Notes under the pieces: model-generated | What the model saw: only the letters and a program-made list of their open reading frames with translations | Databases searched by the model: none | Told to the model about the DNA's origin: nothing | Shown here: in pieces, positions 52,201 through 64,000 of the stretch | Layout: each line of letters begins with the position of its first letter | Numbering within the stretch: the stretch's first letter is position 1 | NCBI RefSeq assembly: GCF_964355755.1 | Contig: NC_092672.1 | Location: 27,596,437 to 27,660,436, forward strand | Length of the DNA: 64,000 nucleotides | Origin: Antedon mediterranea | Lineage: Eukaryota; Animalia; Echinodermata | Direction of reading: 5' to 3' | Position numbers and translations under genes: made by a program

Positions 52201-55200
52201 CTACTAGTACTACACGAGGGCTAGCTAGGCTAGTCAGGCTTATGGCCAATTAGCCGATCGAAACACTTAACTAAATAGCCTAACAAATAATTTTAATATC
52301 CGAGTCTAAAACATTAACACAACTTAAAGGTTATAATAACGCCTAATAACGTACGTAGTACTCCCACGTATCACTGTCAGAAATAAGAAAGTTACAGTAT
52401 CTACTATTAGATAATAAGCGTTATATCTTGCTGACAATTCTGTGTATTAAAGCCCCATTCCTTACGTTTTTTAGATCTAATTTAAGATCACAAACTATAT
52501 TTAATGTAAAAATAATACTATATGGTCCTATTGCGATAACTTTTTTCGTCTTTAAACGGTTAAAAATGTGAAAAATAAATCGATTTTAATAATTATAGCG
52601 GCCCGCTATAAATCCCAAAATGCATTGCGCGCGAATTGATATTTTTGTTTTTCACCTGTAATTCGCCCACTTTTCGATCGATCGTGAAGCCAAAACAAAT
52701 GGAAGACTCCTAACTTTTCAGCGAAAATACCGGGTGTTCCCCAATTTGTATCAACGGAGTCTGGCAAAAATAGAAAGACAATTAATGCAGCAACTATACA
52801 ACGTCAGCCTAGGTATATAGCTAGCGTACGATGTTCGTACGTTACCGATGTTTACCAGCTAGGCCTACAAAACTAAGCCTAGCTAGGCTAGGCCTGAGAC
52901 CGTCCACGAGAGGTCGATCGCCGCGAGCTACTTAGGTAGTGCATTGTTTCTCACTTTTTATCATAATTTACCATAAAACGTACATTTAAGACAAGGAATG
53001 ACATGGTTTAATGTTTTTAAAGTGATATATATGTATTATTTTCCAAAAAACGTCCAAAATTGCAGGGAAGGGGTCTTTAAATCAAAATAAATATTTACGC
53101 CACCAACGTCAAAGTTCGAAATCCGAAACAGTAACAATAAATCCGTTAAATTGGTGATTTTACAGACGTTTTTCTCGCATATTGTTCGCAAATTTCGCAC
53201 ACTCAATGTTCAATCATTTGGTTTCTATGGAACGCCAAAAGAGCAAAATTAACAGTGTGCGAGAAACACGCCTGTAAAATCGTTAATTTAAGGATTCATT
53301 TGTTCCTTTTTATGTGATTGTTTCATTAAAGTACTCATGAGGCATACTTCTAAGGTGTAACACGATAAAGTTAGTTATCAAATTTGGAGTCAAAATACTA
53401 GCGAGGGAAACTAGCGCCAGGTTTATTAGTACGTACATGGACCACAATAAATAAAAATCGTTCCTAGCCTAATAATACAGTAATAGTGTATCATTATTAA
53501 TATTACACCAATTATTATTATATCAAAATTGATTAAATTATTTTCTACATAGGCGCGCCTCTATGTTAGGGCTAAGCATATTAGCTAAAGTTTAATTTTA
53601 GGCCTAGTATTACGATTGTCGGACGTAAATCTTTTCACACGCGTTCCAGAATTCTCGCACAATTTTTTTCTTTGCGGCATGTTATTTGATAGGCATCTAT
53701 TCACCGCCAGTTATTGAACTTATCCTGGCCATCGCTGTTCACTTTATTTGCGAGAGGTACATGTATTGATTCCCTAGAGAATGAAATGTCAAAAATGTCT
53801 TTAGCACGCCGCTCAGAGAGAAGTATGTGCGTTGCTGCCGAAAACACGTGCTATAGGAGGGGAATCACCATAAGGCCAAATCCTCTCAGGGCAGAATCGT
53901 ACTGCTACCTGCTAAATAGTAAAGAAGCATTTTCCATCTCTCAGGTCTACCGGATCGAGGCACGGGGGTGTGACAAAATATTATTTTCACTCTGCTATGT
54001 TTGAGAGACATATTAAATTAACACGTTCGAATACCAACAATCATGGCAGTCGATCATTTGATGAGTGTCGCTATAACAATTATTGTTTATCGAAGTTGAA
54101 GACTGTAGTTCAGATTTAAAAAATATGGCGCATACGGATGCACAACTTTTGAACAGATTGGGTACTTTTGTAAAATTAAAATTTGACACGATATGACTGA
54201 ATGAAAAAAAACAATCGTTACACAACATGATGAGTGTACACACGAATCTATTTAGCTAGGCCTATTATAAAAATATAAATAATTGATTATTAGGCCTATA
54301 ATATAGCATAATAGCACGTTAAGATATGCCTCGCACCTTTTTGAAATTGTAAACTATATGTCTCGGGTGCCTCGCACTTTTGGAAATGATAGAATGATGT
54401 ATCGCACAAATATTTGGCGTGCCTCGCACACCTCGCACTTTGTCAACACTCGAAGCAATCTCGGAGAGCGGCTATTAGCCATCGACAGACTCTCCCGGTA
54501 ATTGCGCACCTTGTCTAAATCAGTAGCGTTCTGCAACTACGCTCACTTGTGGAGCAAAATGAGTTTCTAGAGTAAGCAATGCTCTCGTAGTATAACAATT
54601 TTCGTCTGCTTCTCCTAGTTTCATATACATAAACATTTCTTTGGCCCTCAGGTCCTAACGAGTGTAGTAACATAGGCTTTTTTTCTTTCCACTGGCTCAC
54701 CTGTCGCCGCAGCCAACATGTAGTTTTCGAAAAGGCCCATGGACCATGGTATGGTAGGTTCTCCTGGCGTGGGTAGACATGGAACTGGCGTGCTCCTATC
54801 CTTGTAGTCGCCATAATTCATTAAAAATTAGCAAGTTCGTTAATGATCCTCGTCGCCAATTATGGTAGAGACAACAATGAAATGATGCTAGAAATAACCA
54901 GTATGTAATGTTTCAATAACAGCCTTTTATTCTCTATTCCTTTCTCTACTCTTCTCTACCCATGCGGTCTCCTCTACTGCCCTCATCGGCAAAATATGGG
55001 ATACCACAGTATATTTGTTAACAAATGAATGTCCTTATTCATAGGATGCTAAATGAGAACTAAATGTACAGTATGCGGTCACAAGTATTTATTTTATGTG
55101 TAGATTGAAATGTGTCCTCGTGCGTTAACTGGTAAACTTTTCTTATAGACTTTACAGTAATTATGTCAGATGAATATTCGCGTGTATTAAAAAAATCGAT

Positions 55201-58200
55201 CATCTCCAGGGGCGAATCTAGATTTTGATAAATAATAATCGTCTAGGGTTTTTTCCTAGACGCCCGGAGATAGCATCGGAGGCGTTTTGGTCAGTCGATT
55301 CTTGTTATATAATTATCTGAATATAGAGGGTTTTATAGATCATATTTAATATACGAAACTGTTTTTTTTTTTGCGCCATGGCTAAAGCCTGTTTTTTTCT
55401 GTCGACGAAACGTTACGACTAGTTGCGTTAAGTTGCGTTGAACTTTCAAATCGTTAAAGTTGAAGATAAATAACGATGATCGAGCTAATGATGTATCCAA
55501 ACCCATACACATACAGTATATATGTGTCAGATAAGGATAGACATTCTCACTTAAAATCTTCATCATAGACGGAAAAATATTTAAGAATCTGAATCTTGAT
55601 GAAAATGGAATCTACATTGACAGAGAAAGTGTAACTGACCTTAGATTTTCGAGGAAATGGACATCTATTATTAAATAGAGAAGTAAGAATGTTGGCTTAA
55701 AAATAGGCCTACACAAAGGAAAACATAGTAGGCCCTATTTGCAAATAATTAGCATATAACATAGAGTTTGAAAAAAATAGTATCTGGGCCAGAATGTTAA
55801 AATGGTTGAGTTTTGTTGTTCTTATCAGAGTAAAGGCTGACCGGAGCTGCTTCGGCAGATTATTATAGACATCCTGTGTGACAGGAAAACCCCAATAGTA
55901 CACAGAAGGTAGATTTTCAACCCATGTGGGCTTCCTACAATGACATGTGACGGCTGTGAATCCTGGACTTTAACCAAATCTCATCACTGTACAAAGAACG
56001 ATGGAAAGACAAATGGGGTCACATTACGTAACAAAATAGACATAGGCCTATGGGACAAAGTGAAAGAAGTCAAATAACGATGGGCTGGTCATATAGCAAG
56101 AAGAGAGGACAACAGATGGACAAAAAGTTGACAGAATGGTAGGCAAAAATCGGCAAAAGAAGAAGGGGAAGACAAAAACACAGATGGTGGAATGACATAA
56201 TATGTCATAATATATTATATTATTCAGAAACAAATTGGGTTAGGACAGCACAGAACAGAAAGTAATGGCAAAGGCTTGGGTAGGGCTAAATCCGACAGGT
56301 GATAATGGTCTCATGAATTCTCCTTTTCTGTTACACTCAATTTTAAAAAGCGTAGCATAAATCTAAGATCACGCTGGGGTGGTGAAAAAACAAAAACAAC
56401 CAAGATCTGCTATACGCCACTGATTGAAACATTATTTTACTATTTTTAGCTAAGACCTCGAAAATACGTCTTGTTGGTGGTAGTTCAGCTAATCAAGGAC
56501 GCGTAGAAGTTTTGAATGGTAACACATGGCTTTCAATTACCACGTCTTCTTTCACAGAATCAGAAGCAAAGGTACTTATTTATAATCAATTATCTAAATT
56601 ATATATAAAAATAAGTTTGACGCCTACACCTCAAATAAACTGTATATTGTAGTAATATAATTATTTATATATTTTCATTAATATTAGTTTTCTTATATTT
56701 TATTTGTACTTTAAATAATTCCCCCTCTCCCATGCATAATTTCTGGATACGTGCCTGGTTTTGTTAATAATAAAATCTTAAGAATAAGACCTATTACGTA
56801 CCTATAATGTTTAAGCACATGTTTAGGCATATACTAATTTTGATACACATGGTTCATTTTGTCTTCTTTCATTTCTTTTCCTCTTTTTTTTGTTTCTTGA
56901 TATTGCCCTTGTACGGAAGCCCGTTCGGGCACAAGTTTTAACTATATTTTAAAAGCTGTTATCTGGCGGCCGCCACTTAATTATCTGGCGGCCGCCACTT
57001 AATTATCTGGCGGACATGTACTAATTATTAAGTGGCGGCCTCCAGATAATTAAGTGGCGGCCGCCAGATAACAGCTTTTAAAATAGTTAACTTGTGGCCC
57101 GAACGGGCTTCCGTACCCTTGCATGTATGATACATGCTTTTATTGATAATGTTTAACACATTTTTAACAGGTAATTTGCAGGCAGCTTGGATTCGTTGAC
57201 GGCATGATTTCATTTGGGTCCTCGTCGGGTTACACCCGTGCACGGTATGGCCAATCACAGAGTACCACGTGCTCTACACATGTGAAATGCTCAGGTTGGG
57301 AACCAACGCTTGGTGATTGTAGCGAGCATTACACTTCATCTTATTGTACTCATTCATATGACGTCAGCGTTAAATGTCATCCTAGAAGACAGCATTTCGG
57401 TATTTTTTAAATTACTTTCAGAACAATCCTATTTAAGAAACATTTAATGATGTTATTTTGATGGAAACTATGTTTTTATCTCTCAGAATGTCACTGCTTG
57501 ACGACCACTGAATGTTACAGAACAACCGGAAGTTGTCCTGATGGCCAATGTTCTGTGGGATGGACCGGAGATTTTTGTCAAATCGGTAAGTGGTGTACAC
57601 AAACTGTACAATTAAGTTATGAATTGATCAGGGTTTTTTTTTTGGTTTTTTTTTTGGTAGAAAAGATTAATTGCATTTCAATCAAACAATGACAAGGTCC
57701 TAAATCGACACTCTATGTGACAGTGACGCCATTTTTATTTTGTACAGAACTACCAGTATTCACAAAACCACCTCGGATTGTTTCTAACGACTTAAGACCA
57801 CTGAATCCAAAAGTAAACTGGGATAAATTTCCTTATGATTATGGGGCTGACGTTGTGGGATGCTCTGCATACTACATCGATGCATCTCAGATCGGCTACG
57901 AGGAACGTGTAATTTGTAACGTTGGAGTATCATCTGCATCTTGTCATATAAACACTCTTCCTGCTGATAGAAATATTGAAATCGGTGTAGCATGTCGGAT
58001 AAAAACTGGATCTACGACAACACGAGGACCTCTGTCACCAACGGTGAACTTCACAACTTACACAGACAGTAAGAATTAGAATAAGTCGTAATCATGAATA
58101 CGACTATTTTAGCAATCTACGTTTATTGACCTTGCTTGCCTAACATATATTAACATAATAGATTAGTACCTATGTAGTAGTCAAATTATCCCAGACAAGT

Positions 58201-61200
58201 AACTGGCGTGGCTCATCCACAGTTAAAGTGTTATGCTGCTAAATACTTCACCAAAATCAAAGCCACATCAGCTTATTGGGGAAACTTGCGAAAGGAAGGC
58301 ATAGCTTATTACGTAATGATATCATTGGTTGTTGAAATAAAAACAATAAATATAACACATTATGTTCAACAGAAATAAAATAATTCCTATAATTTGTATA
58401 AGGATAGTATGCGCATAATTTATATATTAACAATTTGAATTATGTAATATTGTTTACAATTTTACATAGCGATGAAAAACTATTGTAAAGTAGGCCTACG
58501 GTTTTCTGTACCATTTTAACAGAAAGATTAAGTTTCGACGTTTCGGTTGTTGTACTCAATCTTATAGATTAAGTTAGGCCAGTAAAACGTTGAGGCGATT
58601 GGCAATTACTAGAAAATATGTTGTCAGGGTGTGTACAAAAAATCTTTGTTGACCTACAGTTAGTATTATGCGGATAGAGCAAACAAATTTAAATATTGTT
58701 TTGAGCACTGCAACAGTAACCATCTTCGAATTGAATTATTTTTTTAATAGGAAAAGAAATGGATTTTGTTGTAATGAATTATAGTCCTCTGATTGAATTG
58801 AACAACCCCAATTCAAGTCTCAAGATTGGAGGTTATACAATAGGAGATCATCAAACAAATAACGTCAATTTTGGTCGTAAATTCAACACTGATACCAGAA
58901 ACGGTACTAGAGATGAAGAGCTGAACTTAGGCCTAATTGATAATGGTGGTTTGACATTGAATAACAACATGTTTCCTTTGCAAAGCACAGTATCCATGAT
59001 GCGGAAGTTCGATTTTACATCGATACTACTGGAGCTTCCGGCTAACACGACTTCTGAAAATATTGGCGTGTTCTACACTTGGGCAACAACTGGGGTACTA
59101 ACTTCTGATATCACAACGTTTAGTATTTCAAAAGAAGGTACAGTAACTATTTCTAATAAAGTCAATTTCGCTTTGAATATGTATTTTTGACTAAAGTCTA
59201 TATTAAAGAAACTGACCGTAGGCTCTAACGATTTTTTTGTGAGAAAGCCACTTTACTAAGTGAAAAAATTGCTAGTAGGGCCTACAGTATTTATACAGAA
59301 TGTTGGCAAGATTATTAAAGTTATTTTTAAACCGATTCAATAAAAGTTTGGTTTTATTCTCTCAATGAAAGGAAATATATACGTATATTTTCAGAAAAAC
59401 AAAACTTTCAGAGATTGCTTTTAATACATTTTGATTTACAGCAAAGATTCGATCAAAGAACAAAACGATATTAGCAGGTTTTGGAGAAAGACTTGAAGTA
59501 GAGGTTGATATAGAAGACAGTGTTGATTTAGATGAACTACTTTGGCACCATAACGGAGGAGATGTATTAAGCGACTGGAATGGAAAGACTAGTTTAATTA
59601 TTGAAAGCGTTCGTACTAAAGATGGCGGTATATACGAATGTTACATAGATGGGGAAAGAGAGCTGGGATTACAAGCAATAATTCAAGTTTTTATAAGAGG
59701 TAACAGAAAAAAAAAATTATTTAATAGGTGACAATTTATTTTAATTTTATTTTTAGTCTATTTCAAAGAGCTCTCGAGGTAGAAGCATAATATATACACA
59801 TTTAAATACAACAAAGTTTATAAAGGTTATGAGGCAATAAAAGTCTTCACAACTATAAATTTCATTACAAATTAAACTAGAATTTAATTCGTCACTTTGA
59901 CGAATTATAGGTGATTATTTTTATCATTTTAATGAAATTAACAGTTTTTAAACATGCATGTACGTTAACATACGATCGTATAAAGTTGATGTACGCCATC
60001 CTATGACATGATGCATATACACTTATAGTGCTAAGTTGTACCTATTATGTGTCATATACAATATGTACAGTATATACTGTATATCTATATACAGTGTAGC
60101 ATAGGTGAAATTACGGGATCCACATCATGTTCTAATTTTTTGGTATGATGAAATTATCAAAATAAACTCGAAGATGACAATTTCGAAAGATAATGAATTG
60201 AGCAAATAAATATAAGGATTGGAAGAGAATTTGACACGTAGAAGAGCAATGCGCGCTCTTTGAAATGTTTATAACCTTGACCAAAGAAAGTTAAAAACTA
60301 CTTTTTAACTTCAACTGGCCATATGATAACGTCACAACATCCGATAGGCTTAATTTTTATATGAATTCATTTCTACATGTCATCAGCTTTCAAAATAAGT
60401 TGTAATCTTCAAGGTCACCTTTAATTCTGAAGAGCTGTAAAATATTCAAATATATATTGAAGGTATAATTACCTACGTTATTTAAGTTATGACGTCATCA
60501 AAATGAAAACCTGACAACTTTTATGTGAAAGATAAATAATTAAGAAAGCAAATACTGAAATTTGTGCGAAATTCGAGCACAAATAACCGAGATGCGCTCT
60601 GTTGAATGTGATAACCTACACAAAAATATAAAAAATCCCAATTTTTAAATTGAAGTGGCCATTTGATGACGTCACAACATTTTGTACATCAAATGTGTAC
60701 ATGAATTCATATCTACAACCCAATGGCTTCCCGAATAAGTTAAAAAAATTGGGGTCATCTTGCATTCTGAAGAGTTATTTTCATTTAAAAAAAGGCCTAT
60801 TTTCACCATTTTAAGAACTTTTGTGAAATTAATGTGCGCATTTTGTCATTTTGCTCGTATAGCGTCATTTTAAGTCTGAATGGACTAAAAAAGGGTAAAT
60901 TTACTAAGGATTGTGAGTAGAATGTGATTTATTCATCAAATTTTATTTGTTATTCTTTCTAAGAATCGCGTGCGCAAAAACGCCAATTTTTGAAAACACG
61001 CAAATGGCCTAATTCATGCTCTAAATTGATCAAAACTTAATTTTGAGCTTTTTAAATTTTTAACGCGCGATTTCACGCACATGACCTTGAAACGTGGAAG
61101 TTTTTATTTACTAATATTTTTACCTTGACCTGAAGTTTACGTGTAGTGAATTTCATTAATATGTGATAATTAATTATGGAGATATGATTGATAATGTGAT

Positions 61201-62632
61201 TTCATAAAATGGCGTATACATTACGTCACGGATGAGTGATCATGCTGAAAAGCTTATTATGACAAAGTTAAAGTATTTCAAAGGCATTGTGAAATTTTTG
61301 TGATCATTGCCATTCAACTTTTTGAGATAATTGTTACAATTGTTACAGAAAGAAGAATAAAAACAACAATAACAACAATGACAACAAAAACAATAAAGAT
61401 TTCATACAATAACAATAGGTGATCATTTTATTCTAAATGATCACCTAATAATAAAGATTTCATACAATAACAATAGGTGATCATTTTATTCTAAATGATC
61501 ACCTAATAATAAAGATTTCATACAATAACAATAGGTGATCATTTTATTCTAAATGATCACCTAATAATAAAGATTTCATACAATAACAATAGGTGATCAT
61601 TTTATTCTAAATGATCACCTAATAATAAAGATTTCATACAATAACAATAGGTGATCATTTTATTCTAAATGATCACCTAATAATAAAGATTTCATACAAT
61701 AACAATAGGTGATCATTTTATTCTAAATGATCACCTAATAATAAAGATTTCATACAATAACAATAGGTGATCATTTTATTCTAAATGATCACCTAATAAT
61801 AAAGATTTCATACAATAACAATAGGTGATCATTTTATTCTAAATGATCACCTAATAATAAAGATTTCATACAATAACAATAGGTGATCATTTTATTCTAA
61901 ATGATCACCTAATAATAAAGATTTCATACAATAACAATAGGTGATCATTTTATTCTAAATGATCACCTAATAATAAAGATTTCATACAATAACAATAGGT
62001 GATCATTTTATTCTAAATGATCACCTAATAATAAAGATTTCATACAATAACAATAGGTGATCATTTTATTCTAAATGATCACCTAATAATAAAGATTTCG
62101 TACAATAACAATAGGTCATCATTTTATTCTAAATGATCACCTAATAATAAAGATTTCATACAATAACAATAGGTCATCATTTTATTCTAAATGATCACCT
62201 ACAAAGACGTCATTTGATAAATTTGTATTCATAATATGAACTGTATGTTGTTTTAGATTGCCCAACACCCAAATGGGGCGCCGATTGCGACAAAGATTGC
62301 CCAGTTTGTTATAATGGAGGAGTATGTCATACAATCAACGGGACATGTTTATGCCCGTCTGGGTTTATGGGTGATGACTGTAGTGAACGTACGTATCGGG
62401 TTTTTTTTTATTTCGAATATTTATTGCTATTAAAAAAAAATTGAATATACAAAATCAGAAAAAGAGTCATTTTTTTTTGTTTTTAAAGCATGTGGTGACA
62501 ATAACTGGGGACGTTCCTGTTCAGAAATTTGCAGTAGTTCAAATAGAGGTTGCGACGCCATTTTGTTCTGTTTGCCTGAACCATTAGGGTGCTCATGTAT
62601 GGCTGGGTTCAAAGGGCCGGATTGCAACGAAT
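46286..62632 (+). CDS. Tandem paralog (copy B) of the SRCR/Tie-ectodomain-like gene, partial (5' exon not located, 3' part not within the window)
   Basis: Exons: 46286-46615, 56450-56571, 57171-57399, 57487-57585, 57748-58068, 58751-59137, 59442-59699, 62257-62388, 62489-62632. Same order, phases and nearly the same lengths as the first nine exons of copy A, all open in frame. Confidence 0.85.
49237..50094. mobile_element. Non-coding insertion splitting Gypsy pol
   Basis: The pol frame QLKSFL|GLVGFY is restored on removal. taaga flanks both sides. One end (catataacaccttt-ttaa) is Kolobok-like. Confidence 0.6.
51707..54450. mobile_element. Non-autonomous hAT-like element splitting Gypsy gag
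   Basis: Termini agtg..aaagtgcgagg / cctcgcacttt..cact, clustered subterminal tgcgaggca motifs, and a degenerate 8-bp flank match (tgacgcaa/cgaagcaa). The gag ALR..LASRCEFG motif is interrupted. Confidence 0.7.
52451..53076. mobile_element. Kolobok-like non-autonomous element with TTAA TSD, nested in the hAT-like element
   Basis: ttaa|agccccattcc...gggaaggggtct|ttaa. Confidence 0.65.
55660..56330 (+). mobile_element. Decayed RTE-clade LINE 3' fragment
   Basis: Translates in pieces to K*RWAGHIARREDNRWTKKLTEW..RRRGRQKHRWWND, typical of RTE ORF C-termini. Confidence 0.7.
56912..57115. mobile_element. Palindromic MITE with TAC...GTA termini and 6-bp TSD
   Basis: tacggaagcccgttcggg.. mirrored by ..cccgaacgggcttccgta. 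Internal 22-bp ttaattatctggcggccgccac repeats. cccttg at 56906-56911 and 57116-57121. Confidence 0.85.
59877..62201 (-). mobile_element. Non-autonomous Helentron/HINE-like rolling-circle element
   Basis: Minus-strand 3' end: subterminal inverted repeat aaataatcaccta, hairpin aattcgtca-aag-tgacgaatt, then CTAG. 5' end taggtgatcattt with hairpin and (ttg/ttc)n. Inserted in an A/T run with no TSD. The empty site is visible in copy A at about 31565-31585. Confidence 0.75.
61389..62200. repeat. 14 x 58-bp tandem array of the element's 5' hairpin module
   Basis: Unit aataataaagatttcatacaataacaataggtgatcattttattctaaatgatcacct contains a 12-bp inverted repeat. The units are almost identical. Confidence 0.95.
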
Positions 62633-62663
62633 GTAAGTATAAGGACAAGATAAGTGTTGTTTT

Positions 62664-64000
62664 TAGGTGATCATTTAGAATAAAATGATCACCTATTGTT
62701 ATTGTACAAAATCTTTATTATTATTGGTTATCCGCCTCAAGCGGATAACCTTTGTTATTGTAGTGTTTCTTTTTTTTTTTTATTGGTTATCCGCCTCAAG
62801 CGGATAAGCATTTGTTATTGTAGTGTTACTTTTTTTTTTTTTTTATTATTCTTCTTTCTTTCTCAGATTTTGTGCACGCGTTTTCTCTTGAACGTGTTAA
62901 CATAACATTTTGTAACTTGGTCAACATATAGACAATTAACTGAAGATGTACTGCCAAGCTTTTTGACAATGTCAGATCCGCGTAGCGTAAGTTACGCGCG
63001 ATTTTCTGAAAATCTTAAATCGGTCATAACTTCGAAACCGATAAATATTTTTTAACGAAATTTTCAGCCACGTTTTCTTCACATCAATGGCTAACTTTTG
63101 GAATGTTTAACAAATTTTTGGAGATTAGAAAGTTTTCGCGTAAATTGCGTTTGAAATATTTTACTCTTCTTATTTTGTGCACGCTGTTTCTCTTCAACGT
63201 GTAAACATAATATGTTGTAACTTGTTCAGCATTTAGACATTTTACTGAAGTTGTCCAGCCAAGCTTTCTGACGATGTCAGAGCCGCGTAGCGTAAGTTAC
63301 GCGTGATTTTCTGAAAATCTTAAATTGGTTATAACTTCGAAACAAATGAATATTTGTTAACGTCATTTTCAGCCACGTTTGCTTCTCATCAATAGTTAAC
63401 TTTTTTAACGCTACCGCAATTTGTAACATTAGAAAGTGCGCGCGTAAATGGCGTTTGAAATTTTAAAATGCTTCAAATCAATTTCTGATTAAATTAGAGT
63501 ACGATTCAGGTCATTTTAAGCGTTAAAAAAATTGCCACTGGTGCGCACATTTTTACGCGCGCACGGCGCAGGGAACACGTATGAACATTTCTTTTGCACG
63601 ATTTGTGTTTTTAAATCTTCGGTTAACAATTTTACGTTATTTTATTCACTTTTCAACTTGAAATGGCTTTCTACGAGCACGTTAAACATGATAGGTTGCG
63701 CACGAAAACGTCAACAAATTGTGAAAATGTTGCAAAATATGTCTACTTTTAAAAATGAAACAGTTCATCAGAATGCAAGGTTACCCCAATTTTTTATTTT
63801 ATTTTCTTGCAGTGTATTAATCATAGGTCTAATTTATTATAGTCTTGAATGTTAAAAAGTGTTTGATAGCTACATTATTTGCATATTAAATGTAATTTTT
63901 GAAATAATTATCATCAAACTAACATAAACATATTCAAAGAGTAAAACAATATACATAACGTTTATCTTTTTTCTTTACATGTTAATATATAAAACTTGAA
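62664..64000 (+). mobile_element. Stacked HINE-like elements running off the window
   Basis: One taggtgatcattt hairpin head, then two ggttatccgc-ctcaa-gcggataa heads (about 62726 and 62785), then a body with a tandem repeat of about 305 bp. Inserted in the T-run that is empty in copy A (about 32045). Confidence 0.7.

Larger units (their letters stand above)
47088..55008 (-). mobile_element. Decayed Ty3/Gypsy LTR retrotransposon (Mag-like) with nested insertions
   Basis: LTRs of about 148 bp at 47088-47236 and 54861-55008. PBS TGGCGACGAGGAT (matches the tRNA-Ser 3' end) at about 54846-54858. Polypurine tract next to 47237. Gag zinc knuckles CYRCGSTKH and CNHCDLKGH, protease VDT, RT FSKLDLKSAYHQ and FTDD, RNase H DASGYGLG and ERNYSVGERE, integrase H-H zinc finger, SDNGTQ and YHPEGN. 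Many frameshifts. TSD not clean. Confidence 0.93.

Noticed and set aside
61389-62200. CRISPR-like array of palindromic repeats
   Set aside because: The units are identical end to end with no unique spacers, there are no cas genes, and the context is a eukaryotic intron.

Overview
AT-rich, intron-containing eukaryotic DNA, most likely from an invertebrate deuterostome such as an echinoderm (inferred from the SRCR/Tie-like genes and the repeat landscape). No rRNA, CRISPR or prokaryotic features are present. Three spliced genes were reconstructed by hand from GT-AG sites. (1) A complete 7-exon Gfo/Idh/MocA oxidoreductase (myo-inositol 2-dehydrogenase-like, 343 aa) on the minus strand at 663-6547. 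(2) A 20-exon plus-strand gene at 22179-37209 encoding SRCR-SRCR-EGF-FN3-[Ig-like-Ig-EGFx4-FN3]x2. It resembles a duplicated Tie/angiopoietin-receptor ectodomain but shows no transmembrane or kinase exon. (3) Its tandem paralog, starting at 46286, with the last visible exon ending at 62632. The rest is mobile DNA: two fold-back derivatives of Academ-type (XPG-like plus Cys-rich) transposons, a decayed Mag-like Gypsy element with nested DNA elements, LINE fragments, a tRNA-derived SINE, several palindromic MITEs, and Helentron/HINE-like elements, one with a 14 x 58-bp hairpin array. The best leads are the apparently soluble SRCR/Tie-ectodomain gene pair, the repeated 'right end copied onto left end' Academ fold-backs, an orphan oxidoreductase exon remnant in frame with a new ATG at 38880-39032, and two exons bracketed by inverted HINE ends. 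All calls were made by eye without database searches.
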